Of a DNA stretch of 64,000 bases, positions 10,999 to 20,831 are shown one piece after another. Made by a program: the position numbers and the translations under genes. Within the stretch, counting starts at the first letter, position 1, and each line of letters opens with the position of its first letter. Source of the stretch: Candidatus Bathyarchaeota archaeon (GTDB taxonomy: Archaea > Thermoproteota > Bathyarchaeia > Bathyarchaeales > Bathycorpusculaceae). Location: contig CAWEPZ010000002.1 of assembly GCA_963811105.1 (NCBI GenBank), positions 64,001 through 128,000 of the forward strand. Reading direction: 5' to 3'. The notes under the pieces are model-generated. The model was not told the origin of the DNA and did no database searches. It saw only the letters and a program-made list of their open reading frames with translations.

Positions 10999-11160
10999 TT
11001 TAGAGTCGCCAGAAGATGCTCCTTTTAGGCATTGTTAGCATTTTGCTATCCGAGCTCGGGGCTCATCCATCTAACCGCCAAAGGAGCGCAAAACATTTTG
11101 GGTTACGAGTTTTCAAAAAATCCTCAAAAACAAATCGATGTTCCTTCCAGCGTCTCTAAA
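10999..11160 (-). ncRNA. Putative IS110 bridge/seek RNA
   Basis: 17-bp closing stem (10999-11015 with 11144-11160) enclosing two stem-internal loop-hairpin lobes, immediately upstream of the transposase. Confidence 0.6.
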
Positions 11161-11396
11161 TAAAAGAAGAGATAATAAACCGAAAAGGCTTTTCATTTCA
11201 TTCTAAGAGCGCTGCGATAATTTGGGTTGCTTTTTTGATTTAGGATCTGTGGCGTTTTCAGGTTGCGTATAGAAAAGTATTGAAACGTTTGGAAAAGGTG
11301 CAAAAAGGCAATAAAAGGATTGAAAAGGTTAAATAAAGACAACGTCAACATATTGGAAAAAATTTGAAGAATAAACAAAAAAGAAGGGTTAGTTGT

Positions 11397-12323
11397 TTAT
11401 TTTGCAGCTGCCTTTGCAAGTTTCTTTAAAATTGCCTCTTTAGCGATGGTGTACGCGATTGAGTAGTCAAATAGTCCCTGCGGTTCGTTGGTTGCGCGTT
11501 TAATCATTTCTGTTTCTGTCTTGATTTTCAGTTTGCCAATGGCTAATGCGCCTATGCCGTAAACGCCTGGTTTGAGTTCTATGCCATCGTCATTTGAGCC
11601 TAAGCCTTCCACACCTACGGGTTTTATGGCGTTGATGTCAGCAACTATTTTGCAGGATGTACCAATCTGTGCAGCAGATAGAAGCTGTATTCCGCCTGCG
11701 CCTGCTGAAAGAATGATTTCTGCTTCTTTTGTTGCTTCTGCTGTTTGTTCGGGTTTTGTTACTTCGACAACTTTGACTCTTTGTGCTCCGACTTCTTGGT
11801 TGATTTTGTCGGCGACAGCTTGCCCTTTTGCTAATGTACGGGAGGTGATTGTTACGTTTGCTTTTTCTGCAGCGTATATTCTTGCGGCTGTTTGGCCGAC
11901 GGGGCCTGTGCCTGCGAGTACGGTGACTTTTTTGCCTTCAAGTGTGCCAAAGCTTTTCTCCATTGCCAATCCGAAGGTTTTTGCTACCGCTGCTGCTGCG
12001 GTTGAGTATCCGCCTCTTGGGTCAACAATTATGCTGTTTCCCCATGGGGCTGATTTCATAGCTTTCTGTGTTGCCTCAACTACTTTTTCAACCATTTCGA
12101 AGTTGCTTCCGTTGATGAAGACTTTGGTGTGTTTTGCTCCTTCAGGTCCTCGTGGAAACAGCATGTCGTAAACGATTTTTGGGGCATCTTCAGCTGTAAC
12201 ATTTTCGTATTTGAAAATCATAGAATCAGGAAAAGCGTCTATAGCTACTAGCATATCAAATGGGCTGCAATATTTGTCCGTGTCTAAGAAAACGAAAACT
12301 GTTTTGAAACTTGGTTGTGTCAA
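11397..12323 (-). CDS. NAD(P)-dependent methylene-H4MPT/H4F dehydrogenase (MtdA/MtdB family)
   Basis: SPFD..VA.DA, F.RGP.G...T..FI.G, DP.G..TAAA, LAGTGPVG, D.NA..P.G.EG, IGALAIG..K. Confidence 0.82.
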   Translation of the reverse strand: MTQPSFKTVFVFLDTDKYCSPFDMLVAIDAFPDSMIFKYENVTAEDAPKIVYDMLFPRGPEGAKHTKVFINGSNFEMVEKVVEATQKAMKSAPWGNSIIVDPRGGYSTAAAAVAKTFGLAMEKSFGTLEGKKVTVLAGTGPVGQTAARIYAAEKANVTITSRTLAKGQAVADKINQEVGAQRVKVVEVTKPEQTAEATKEAEIILSAGAGGIQLLSAAQIGTSCKIVADINAIKPVGVEGLGSNDDGIELKPGVYGIGALAIGKLKIKTETEMIKRATNEPQGLFDYSIAYTIAKEAILKKLAKAAAK

Positions 12324-12577
12324 TTTTCTACACCTTTAATCTCTGTGTGATGCGGTTTAACGATTTAAGAATTGTCTAGGTTTTTCTGTCGCTTAAAATT
12401 AGGAACTGTCCGGACTAACCTTACACAGCAAGGATTCCCCGCTGCAACATTTCCATTCTTGCTCGATTGACTTTGCAAAAACTACCACTCGCTGATGACG
12501 CAGAAATAGTCACGCACAGCAATTGTTTAATAAGTTAGCTTTCAAAGTTGTAGCTATAAAACCTAGAAGGTACGTAA

Positions 12578-13621
12578 TTGTCCATAAACGCAAATTTAGA
12601 GAAACTCTCAAACGCCTGCGGAGTAACAGGCAGAGAGGGCGAAGTCAAAGAATTAATGATTCGGTTAATGACACCCTATGCCGACGAGATAGTTGTAGAT
12701 AGACTTGAAAACGTAATAGCCATCAAAAAAGGCACACAAGACACCCCAAAAATCATGCTAGCCGCGCACATGGACGAAGTAGGCTTAATGGTAAAAACCA
12801 TAACAAAAGACGGCTTTTTACAATTCTCTAAAATGGGCGGAATCGACGACCGTATTCTGCCTGCTCAAAAAGTAACAGTTTTCTCCAGAAAAGGCATCTT
12901 TCCAGGCATAATCGGATCCAAACCGCCGCACATCCAAAAGGAAGAGGAGCGAAAAAAAATCATTGCTTCAGATGAGCTTTTCATTGACATCGGGGCACAG
13001 AGCAAGGATGATGCCTTAGCCTTGGGTATTTCGGTGGGAGATTCAGTAGGCTTTGACATAAAATACGTTCAATTAGGCAGAGATATTGTTATGGGCAAAG
13101 CTTTTGACAATCGTGCAGGTTGTGCTACAATGGTTGAAGCTCTCAAGTTAATGGGAAAAACAGATTATACAGTTTGCGCCGTGGGTACCGTTCAGGAAGA
13201 AGTAGGGTTACGTGGCGCAGCAACCGCAGCGTTCGGCGTTGACCCAGATCTCGCAATAGCACTAGATGTTACCATTGCGGGTGATGTACCCGGCGTAAGA
13301 GAATACGACACTAGCGTAAAGTTGGGAAAAGGACCGGCGCTTACCATTTCTGACTCAGGACTGATAACTCACCCTAAAATTCTACGGTGGCTGATGGACA
13401 CCGCTGAAGAGCAAAAAATTCCATTCCAAATTGAGGCAGGCTTGCTTGGATCAACTGACGCGGCGCGGATTAATTTAACACGGCAAGGAATTCCAAGCGG
13501 CAACATTTCAATCGTTACACGATACATTCACAGTCCAGTAGGAATGTTGTCCTTAAAGGACATAGAGAACTCAGCCAAATTGACAGTTGCAGCCATAAAA
13601 AACACATCAAAGTACTTCTAA
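12578..13621 (+). CDS. M42 family (TET/FrvX) aminopeptidase
   Basis: AAHMDEVG, KAFDNRAG, VQEEVGLRGA, RYIHSP. Confidence 0.92.
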   Translation: MSINANLEKLSNACGVTGREGEVKELMIRLMTPYADEIVVDRLENVIAIKKGTQDTPKIMLAAHMDEVGLMVKTITKDGFLQFSKMGGIDDRILPAQKVTVFSRKGIFPGIIGSKPPHIQKEEERKKIIASDELFIDIGAQSKDDALALGISVGDSVGFDIKYVQLGRDIVMGKAFDNRAGCATMVEALKLMGKTDYTVCAVGTVQEEVGLRGAATAAFGVDPDLAIALDVTIAGDVPGVREYDTSVKLGKGPALTISDSGLITHPKILRWLMDTAEEQKIPFQIEAGLLGSTDAARINLTRQGIPSGNISIVTRYIHSPVGMLSLKDIENSAKLTVAAIKNTSKYF

Positions 13622-13726
13622 ATAGTATCTATGTCTGTGGTTGAAATTTCTTACCATTGGATAATTATTCTTCGGAAGGAGTGGGACAAGGAAAGCGTTT
13701 TTTAGAGAATCCTTTCTAATTAGATA

Positions 13727-14185
13727 GTGATTTACATGAATGCGGAGCAGAAATTTGCAGGAAAATTTGAGTTTTTAGAACATACGGCGGACGTTTACAT
13801 TAGGGCGAATGGCAAGACAATGGAGGAAGCCTACGAAAATGCTGCTCTTGCAATGTTCGAGACCATGACCGACACCGACAAAATTGCTCAGACACAAGAA
13901 GAAATCGTTGAAGTGGAAGCTGAAGACCAATATGCGTTGCTTTATGATTGGCTTGAAGCGTTACTCGTAAAGTTTGAAACGGAAAACATGCTTTACTCAA
14001 AATTCCAAATTATAGAATGGACAGAAACGGCTGAAGACTTCAAGTTTAAAGCCAACGTGTGGGGAGAAAAATTTGATGCTCAAAAGCATCCGCAGAAAGT
14101 AGGTGTTAAAGCAGTGACTTATCATAGAATGGTCATAATAAGGGAAAGAGACCGTGTGGTCTTAGAGTTCATTTTGGACATTTAA
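13727..14185 (+). CDS. Archease
   Basis: FLEHTAD, VKAVTYH, C-terminal ILDI. Confidence 0.93.
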   Translation: MIYMNAEQKFAGKFEFLEHTADVYIRANGKTMEEAYENAALAMFETMTDTDKIAQTQEEIVEVEAEDQYALLYDWLEALLVKFETENMLYSKFQIIEWTETAEDFKFKANVWGEKFDAQKHPQKVGVKAVTYHRMVIIRERDRVVLEFILDI

Positions 14186-14835
14186 GCCAATTTGAGTTTT
14201 TTTAGTTCTGATATTATTTCTTCTACAATTGGTTCTGGCGGTTGAATAAGGTCTGTCGTAGTTACTTTAATTGAGGGCACACTATTCTTCTTAAAATGTT
14301 CCAGCAACGGTTTTGTTTGTTCTTGGTAGACTTGGTGTCTTTTCTTTATTACTTCAGGATTGTCATCTGACCGCAGGTACAAGGGTCCTCCGCATTTGTC
14401 GCAGACGCCTTCAACTTTCGGTTTTAAGAAGCGAATGTTGTAGACTGTTCCGCAATTTCTGCATATTCTCCGCGAAGATAAGCGTTCAATAATTATCCAG
14501 TCTGGAACGTCTAGCAACAATATAACGTCAATTTTGGTAATTACATCAAGAATTTTGGCTTGTTCAGGTGTTCTTGGGAAGCCGTCCAGAATGAAGCCTT
14601 TTTCTTCTGGAATTTTGCTTAAGCGTTTTTTCAGTACTTCTACGACAATCTCGTCTGGGACAAGTAGCCCCTTTTCTACGTAGCCTTTGACTTTTCTGCC
14701 TAGCTCTGAATCTTCCTTCATTAATTCACGGAAAATATCACCTGTTGCGATGACTTCAACGCCGAGTTTTTGTTGAAGCCTTGATGCATATGTGCCTTTC
14801 CCTGCGCCTGGCGCTCCGAACATTATTGCCTTCAT
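14182..14835 (-). CDS. adk: Adenylate kinase (bacterial-type, Zn LID)
   Basis: GAPGAGKGT, LDGFPRT..QA, LID CRNC..CDKC, RSDD. Confidence 0.93.
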   Translation of the reverse strand: MKAIMFGAPGAGKGTYASRLQQKLGVEVIATGDIFRELMKEDSELGRKVKGYVEKGLLVPDEIVVEVLKKRLSKIPEEKGFILDGFPRTPEQAKILDVITKIDVILLLDVPDWIIIERLSSRRICRNCGTVYNIRFLKPKVEGVCDKCGGPLYLRSDDNPEVIKKRHQVYQEQTKPLLEHFKKNSVPSIKVTTTDLIQPPEPIVEEIISELKKLKLA

Positions 14836-14967
14836 TTTTCATTTGCCTCCTTTTTAGCCCCTCGTTTAGAAATAAGCATGTTTTAATAAATTTTGCGCGT
14901 TGCGCAGCTCAATCCATGGAAACATTTATGATTTAACCCGCTTATCAAAGTTAGCCGAGGTGAAGCT

Positions 14968-15879
14968 TTGTACACAAAAGAAATCGGCAAAAACCTGTAC
15001 TTAGTCGAGTTGAACACTGGAGGCTTCAAAAACCTAATTTGCAGTTACGTTATAAAAGGGCTCAAAACAGTTCTTGTAGAGTCTGGCCCAACTTCTTCAG
15101 TTCCTAATCTGATTGATGGGTTAAAAGAACTCGATGTAAAATTTGAGGATGTTGAATACATTGCCATTACTCATATTCACTTAGACCATGGTGGCGGAGT
15201 GGGCACACTTCTAAAATATTTACCAAACGCTAAAGTTATAGTTCATCCCAGAGGCATGCCTCACCTTATTAACCCCGATAGGCTTTGGACCTCAGCGCAA
15301 GAGGTTCTTGGAGTTGTAAGCGAAATTTTCGGGAAACCTGAACCTGTTCCACGAGAAAAAATAATTCCCGTTAACGATGGAACTTTTTGTTTAGATGGTG
15401 GCGTCAAACTGAGCGTTATTGAAACGGTCGGTCATGCCTCACACAACATCAGCTTTCAGGAATCATTAAATGGAGGTGTTTTTCCTGGCGATGCTGCTGG
15501 TACTTATTTTCCAGAGTTCGATGTTGTCATGCCAACTACGCCTCCTCCTTTTTACCTTGACGAAGCACTAGCATCATTAGACAAACTAATCAGTCTCAAA
15601 CCCACAGTTTTGTATTATAGCCATTTTGGGAAAGCTTCAAACGGAGTTCCACGCCTGAAAGATTACAAGTTGCAGCTCCAGCTGTGGGCAAAAATTGCGG
15701 AGGAAGGAATGAAAGAAAACTGGACGCTTGAGCAGATTCGCGATAAGATTGTTGTCGAAGACTTGGTTTTGCGCCAGATTGTGGGTTTTGTTAAGGCTCA
15801 CCCTATTTACTCGAAAACAATTCTGGAAAACTGCGTCAAAGGTTTTATCGATTACGCCAAACATAAACAGGGTTTGTAA
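14968..15879 (+). CDS. Metallo-beta-lactamase fold hydrolase
   Basis: THIHLDHGGG, GHA.H, GDA.G, HFG. Confidence 0.88.
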   Translation: MYTKEIGKNLYLVELNTGGFKNLICSYVIKGLKTVLVESGPTSSVPNLIDGLKELDVKFEDVEYIAITHIHLDHGGGVGTLLKYLPNAKVIVHPRGMPHLINPDRLWTSAQEVLGVVSEIFGKPEPVPREKIIPVNDGTFCLDGGVKLSVIETVGHASHNISFQESLNGGVFPGDAAGTYFPEFDVVMPTTPPPFYLDEALASLDKLISLKPTVLYYSHFGKASNGVPRLKDYKLQLQLWAKIAEEGMKENWTLEQIRDKIVVEDLVLRQIVGFVKAHPIYSKTILENCVKGFIDYAKHKQGL

Positions 15880-15924
15880 ACGTTTATAATGTCATTTATC
15901 TTTTGTTTGAAAAGGTGAAGATTT

Positions 15925-17403
15925 TTGGGTGAAAGTGAAAGCAGAGCGGCTCCTGAGAAAATACCGCTTGAAAAAGTTAATGATTACATGTGGCGGATCC
16001 CCAATTACAAGTCTGCCATGAGAGTTCCAGGCATGGTTTTCGCAAATGAATTTTTATTAGAAAAAATGAAGACTGACCGCACACTTTGGCAGTGCTCAAA
16101 TGTAACTCAGCTGCCTGGAATCTATAAGTACGCAGTAACTTTGCCTGATGGGCATGAAGGCTATGGTTTTCCCATTGGAGGTGTTGCAGCAACCGACTAT
16201 GAAGAAGGCGTTATCAGCCCTGGAGGCGTGGGCTACGACATTAACTGTGGCGTACGCCTCTTGGCCACAACGCTCATTGAAAAAGATATCCGTCCCAAAC
16301 TTGCACCATTAGCTGAAACTATTTTCCGTAATGTACCTTCTGGACTTGGAAGTCGCCGCAAAGACCTCACAATTTCCAATTCAGACCTTGATCATATTGC
16401 TGTTGAGGGTGTAAACTGGCTTATTAAACGCGGGTTCGGTTGGTCAGAAGACGCTGATCACTGTGAAGAACAAGGCTGTATGACTAATGCAGATCCAAAC
16501 AAGGTTTCATCAACGGCCAAGAGCCGAGGATTAACTCAAATTGGAACTTTAGGTTCAGGAAACCATTTCTTAGAAATACAAAAAGTAGATAAAATTTTCA
16601 ATTCCAAAACAGCTAAGGTTTTTGGAATCACTCAGGAAGGTCAAGTAACTGTAATGATTCATTGTGGCTCAAGAGGCTACGGACATCAGGTTTGTTCTGA
16701 CTACCTGCGAGTTATGGAGCATGCAGTGCAAAAGTATAAGATAACTCTGCCTGATCGAGAATTAGCTTGTGCGCCTGGACAGAGTAATGAAGCGCGCGAT
16801 TACTTTCAAGCAATGGCTTGTGCTGTCAACTTTGCGTTTTCTAACAGGCAGGCAATTATGCATTGGGTTAGACAAAGTTTTCAGCAAGTTTTTCATGAAT
16901 CTCCAGAAAAATTCGGGCTAAAACTCGTTTACGACGTAACCCATAACATTGCCAAAATCGAAAATCACAAGATTGATGGCGGAGAAAAAAAGGTTTGGGT
17001 TCATCGCAAAGGGGCGACGCGGGCTTTCCCACCTGGGCATCCAGATATCCCAACTGATTACTGTAGTGAAGGGCAACCTGTGCTTATTCCGGGAAGCATG
17101 GGCACGAGCTCATGGGTTTTGGCAGGTTCGCAGAAAGCTATGGAGTTAACATTTGGCTCTACAGCACATGGCGCTGGGAGAATGATGAGCCGCTCAGCAG
17201 CAAAAAGGCAGTATTGGGGAGCAGACATAAAGGCTGGGCTAGAAAAACGCGGCATCATTGTTCGCGCTGCTAGCGCATCGGTTTTGGCTGAAGAAGCAGA
17301 TCCCGCATACAAAAACGTTGATATCGTTGCTGAAGTTAGTGATAAAGTTGGAATCGCTACTAAAGTTGCACGGCTTGTTCCATTAGCAGTTGTTAAGGGC
17401 TAA
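15925..17403 (+). CDS. rtcB: RNA ligase RtcB
   Basis: PDGHEGYGFPIG, GYDINCG, GSGNHF, HCGSRG, HRKGAT, HGAGR; no intein. Confidence 0.97.
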   Translation: MGESESRAAPEKIPLEKVNDYMWRIPNYKSAMRVPGMVFANEFLLEKMKTDRTLWQCSNVTQLPGIYKYAVTLPDGHEGYGFPIGGVAATDYEEGVISPGGVGYDINCGVRLLATTLIEKDIRPKLAPLAETIFRNVPSGLGSRRKDLTISNSDLDHIAVEGVNWLIKRGFGWSEDADHCEEQGCMTNADPNKVSSTAKSRGLTQIGTLGSGNHFLEIQKVDKIFNSKTAKVFGITQEGQVTVMIHCGSRGYGHQVCSDYLRVMEHAVQKYKITLPDRELACAPGQSNEARDYFQAMACAVNFAFSNRQAIMHWVRQSFQQVFHESPEKFGLKLVYDVTHNIAKIENHKIDGGEKKVWVHRKGATRAFPPGHPDIPTDYCSEGQPVLIPGSMGTSSWVLAGSQKAMELTFGSTAHGAGRMMSRSAAKRQYWGADIKAGLEKRGIIVRAASASVLAEEADPAYKNVDIVAEVSDKVGIATKVARLVPLAVVKG

Positions 17404-17419
17404 TATTTCCTGCTAAAGG

Positions 17420-17690
17420 TTACTTTCTTTTTCTTAGGAAATTAGCCCGTCTTTTTCTATATCCATTCGATGCTCACTTCTAGGTGGTCAGTTATTTCTT
17501 CTTGAGTTTTGGCTACTTTTTACAGTGAGGCATCCGGTTCCTATTGGAAGAGAGCTTCAGCAATTTGGATGTACAAGGTTGCAGTGCCTATTTTTTTGTG
17601 TCCGAGTAGTTCCTTAAAGTGAAGTATGTATTTGGTTTGATGAAGCAGCTAGACTTGCAAGGATGGCTGAAATCCTTTAAAATGCATATG
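17420..17690 (-). pseudogene. Tyrosine recombinase C-terminal remnant
   Basis: LLHQTKYILHFKELLGHKKIGTATLYIQ (LGH...T..Y box II), then KVAKTQEEI..., with several stops and frameshifts. Confidence 0.7.
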
Positions 17691-17846
17691 TAGCTTAGAT
17701 TCAACCGGTTTTCTGATTCAAAAAATTTTAAGATAACAGATTAGAATTTTAAGAGTTTCCCTTTTCTAAAAAATATAGATAGTGCCTAAACATTATTGCA
17801 AATAGTAAGGTAACTTTTTTATTTGTGAGTCAGATAGTAAGAAAAC

Positions 17847-18074
17847 ATGGAAATATTTCTCTTTGTGTTTGGCGTATTATTAGTTATACTTGGGTTGCCG
17901 CTTTGTTTTTTATGTGAGCTTCAAACGTTTTGGAGAAAAAGGTCAAAAAGCAAAAATGGTCAAACCGAAAAAATTGGTTATCAACATAGAATATTGAATC
18001 GAAGTGTTGGTTTAGCTTTAATATTGATTGGTGTTATCCTGATAATTCTTAGTTTTGCAGGTGCAGCTATCTAA
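17847..18074 (+). CDS. Small two-TM membrane protein
   Basis: Two hydrophobic helices flanking a basic loop. Confidence 0.55.
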   Translation: MEIFLFVFGVLLVILGLPLCFLCELQTFWRKRSKSKNGQTEKIGYQHRILNRSVGLALILIGVILIILSFAGAAI

Positions 18075-18242
18075 AAAATCGAGTCATTAATTGGATTAAC
18101 TAAGTTATTTCAAAGTGTCTAAATGCCTCTTTGGTGCGTCTAGAACTGTTTCTTTTACTTTTTCTAAGCTGTTTTTAGCAAAATTTTATCAGTTTTTTTT
18201 GAGGGTCAACAGTTCTATTATTACATTCAAGGAGGTGAACTT

Positions 18243-18403
18243 ATGGCAAAATGTCCCAAGTATGGAAAGGAGTTGCTTCAAAAAAATCTTGGAAGATGGC
18301 TGGCAGACCTGTCTAAGCTAGAAAGAGAATGGAGTTTACAGTTGGCTTGTGCTAGTGCTGTGGCAAAACCTTCAGGACGATAATCAGCAAGCAGAAAATC
18401 TGA
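18243..18403 (+). pseudogene. Cren7-like small chromatin protein pseudogene
   Basis: GGAGGTGA SD then MAKCPKYGK(fs)VASKKSWKMAGRPV*ARKRMEFTVGLC*CCGKTFRTIISKQKI*. Confidence 0.65.
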
Positions 18404-18656
18404 TTTGCTGAAAAAAGACAATCTTTATTTTTTGGATTTAACCGTTTTTATGATTAGAGCCTTCTGCACAAAACAAGCAAATTGTATTTTGCAAAAACCG
18501 TTACCTTAGGTAGGCGAAATAAGCGCATCTTACATCAGGCATTAAAGATGAGTTCAATAGAAGAAGACCAGCAGAAAAGGAGATACAAAAAAGATAGTTC
18601 TAAACAATTGGTGTTGCTGCTGCTTGAAAATCCTAACGTTAAAATTGTTAGTAATT

Positions 18657-19400
18657 TTACGGAATCTGAGGAAATTTTGGGTGGCCAACCACGCTAAGGC
18701 AGATTGCGCTCTCTTCTGTTCCGTCTATATCCACTATTGAATTAATTTCATCGTCAAAGAAAGCCCCAGCGTGGCAGGATCCGCAAGTGATGCTTACCGC
18801 TGCCAATGCCAAATTTTGCGCTATGTGTCCTGCGTCTAAATAGATGTATCGGTAGGCTCTCTGTGAGTATTTCCACTTTGATCTTCTAAAGATGGCTGTC
18901 CAGATAAAGACAACGGATGCGTGTGCGCACATTTCTTGGTCTAGGGCTGCGTGGGCTAATTTGTCGCCAAAATTTCCAAGTTTTATTTCTTCCAACGAAT
19001 TATTCTTTATGTTGTAGTGATAAATGCCTTCCTTTAGTTCTTCTACGTTGTTGGCAGCTATGTATGTCTCGATTGGATATAATGCTCCAGCCGACGGAGC
19101 AGTACGGAATTCATAATCGTGCTCTATTCTTTGGATGCCTGTGGATGCCCAAAGAAGAAAGGCCAAATCGACCTTGCTTAACGGTTGAGTTGAGAAGGAG
19201 CGGTTGCTCTTACGTTCTAGAATAACTTCAGTGAAGTTAGAAGTTGATTCTTGAAACTTACTTGGCAGCTGAACAGTTTTACTGGATGGATAGCTCTTAT
19301 AGGTTTCAGGCTTATTTGCCCAGTCCAGGTTACGACCAAGGCTTTTGTTGCGCATGTACTTTGTTTCTGTTTGGAAATCGTCTCCAACGTTTTTTCCCAC
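18657..19400 (-). CDS. SagB/ThcOx family nitroreductase-like dehydrogenase
   Basis: RKSNRSF, RTAPSAGALYPIE, KY..RAYRY..LDAGH..QN; probable GTG start at 19400. Confidence 0.88.
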   Translation of the reverse strand: MGKNVGDDFQTETKYMRNKSLGRNLDWANKPETYKSYPSSKTVQLPSKFQESTSNFTEVILERKSNRSFSTQPLSKVDLAFLLWASTGIQRIEHDYEFRTAPSAGALYPIETYIAANNVEELKEGIYHYNIKNNSLEEIKLGNFGDKLAHAALDQEMCAHASVVFIWTAIFRRSKWKYSQRAYRYIYLDAGHIAQNLALAAVSITCGSCHAGAFFDDEINSIVDIDGTEESAICLSVVGHPKFPQIP

Positions 19401-19539
19401 TATCTGCACCTTCTTAAAACAGCTTTCTAAATATTTAATCAGCTGGAAAACAGTATTTATTGATTTGCTAAAACCAAGTCTCAATTTGCTCTAACATCTG
19501 AAAAACATTTCAACTGATCAACCTGAATTTCGTTTTACT

Positions 19540-19643
19540 TTCAATCGATGGCAGAGTTCTTTAACTTCAGCTATCCATGCAGTTTGCGGTCAGAAGCCAG
19601 GGGTGCTTTCAATATAGGCTTGGGTTTCTCGGTTAGTTGCCAT
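19540..19643 (-). pseudogene. Fragment of a small hypothetical protein
   Basis: GGAGG upstream, then MATNRETQAYIESTPGF*PQTAWIAEVKELC with an internal stop. Confidence 0.35.
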
Positions 19644-19800
19644 AAGTAGTGGGCATCCTCCTTCTTAAACGCCCATAGAAGTCAATAAGAAGCAAGCAAT
19701 CTCCCTCTTTTTCTTTAACTATCCAACCAAAAGGGGCTATCCAAGTTTTTCATTGATAAATCTTAAATCTGTAAAGCACAGAAAGAAGACTGACTGATTT

Positions 19801-19983
19801 ATGAAGTGCCCTGCTTGCGGTAAAATGCTTGAACGAATTGAAGGTGTATGCGGCGAGTATATCTGTATTAATTCTGAATGTTTAGAAAACAAGAAAACAC
19901 CAGGGCAGAGACACGCGAAGTTTTATGGACTTACTCAAGCAGAAATTTACACTAACTATCGCACAGCCCTTCCCAAAAAGTAG
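19801..19983 (+). CDS. Small zinc-ribbon protein
   Basis: CPACG...CINSEC; TATA-like CTTAAAT upstream. Confidence 0.55.
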   Translation: MKCPACGKMLERIEGVCGEYICINSECLENKKTPGQRHAKFYGLTQAEIYTNYRTALPKK

Positions 19984-20237
19984 AAGGATGATCGCTCGTC
20001 TCTTGGAACTTGTATTCTGCAGCGTCAAGTTCCTTGTTGTGTTTGCATTTATGTCATCTTTGATTCTTTCACCAAGTTTGCTTAAAAATGGCTTTTGCGA
20101 ATGAAATCGACTAGAGCCCTAAGAATACGCCCTTCCCGCCACCAATTTGTTGGGAAAACCAAAAAAATTTTGGAAAAAGAATATAAGTGAGGCACGGCCG
20201 TGCTGTAGTAAATTTGCACTTAAGCAGAGGTGAGTAA

Positions 20238-20642
20238 ATGCGTAGAAGTTTAACAATAACTGCAGAAAACGACAAAAAAGTTCAACTTGCCAGAGGCTTA
20301 TTTCTAAATGACGCAGAGGCTCCAATAGACGTGGACTATACTACGATGGTCAATTTTTTCCTTGAACTCGGACACAAACTATTCTATTCAATGAAAAAAG
20401 ATAGTGCTCAAATAACCATTGTTAAAAATGAAGTTAACAGCATCCTGTCAAAGTACATTATGGGTTCAGAGCTTAAAGATGAGGCGGTTTTAGACCAGTT
20501 TACTGATGTCTTTTATAAGAAACTCATTGAGCAATTACAAAAAACAGCAGTTGAAGTGGGTAATCAAGAATCTGTGCCGGAATTGGCTACTCAAAGATCA
20601 AATTCGACAACCTCAAATAAATCTCCAGAATACGTCTCATAG
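20238..20642 (+). CDS. Hypothetical protein, possible N-terminal RHH-like DNA-binding domain
   Basis: GAGGTGA SD; N-terminal strand-helix-helix pattern. Confidence 0.6.
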   Translation: MRRSLTITAENDKKVQLARGLFLNDAEAPIDVDYTTMVNFFLELGHKLFYSMKKDSAQITIVKNEVNSILSKYIMGSELKDEAVLDQFTDVFYKKLIEQLQKTAVEVGNQESVPELATQRSNSTTSNKSPEYVS

Positions 20643-20831
20643 CACACATAAGGCGCCGAACTCCAAACTTTTCTCATTACAGTTCTAAAAGCGTAGTTGA
20701 TTGATTCCTTTTTCCTCTATTTTCTGCTTGAGGGGGGAATATTGTTTTTATAGCTTGATTAGGGCAATTGTATATCTAAAAAACTTGTAAATGCATAAAT
20801 TAAATCGTTAACAAAAGTAGGAAAATATCAT

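Larger units (their letters stand above)
10155..11220 (-). mobile_element. Partial IS110 family insertion sequence
   Basis: Transposase remnant plus a structured non-coding 5' end; boundary near 11220 tentative; other end lost. Confidence 0.7.

Noticed and set aside
11572-12171. 199-aa plus-strand ORF and many similar short antisense ORFs across the window
   Set aside because: Shadow frames of well-supported genes on the opposite strand
13727-17403. Archease-rtcB linkage as a novelty
   Set aside because: Well-known functional pairing; only the intervening adk and MBL genes differ
18482-18697. 71-aa ORF overlapping the nitroreductase 3' end
   Set aside because: No motif, weak start context, overlaps a supported gene
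18657-19400. SagB-like gene as a sign of an azole RiPP cluster
   Set aside because: No YcaO, precursor or transporter nearby; stand-alone SagB-type nitroreductases are common in archaea
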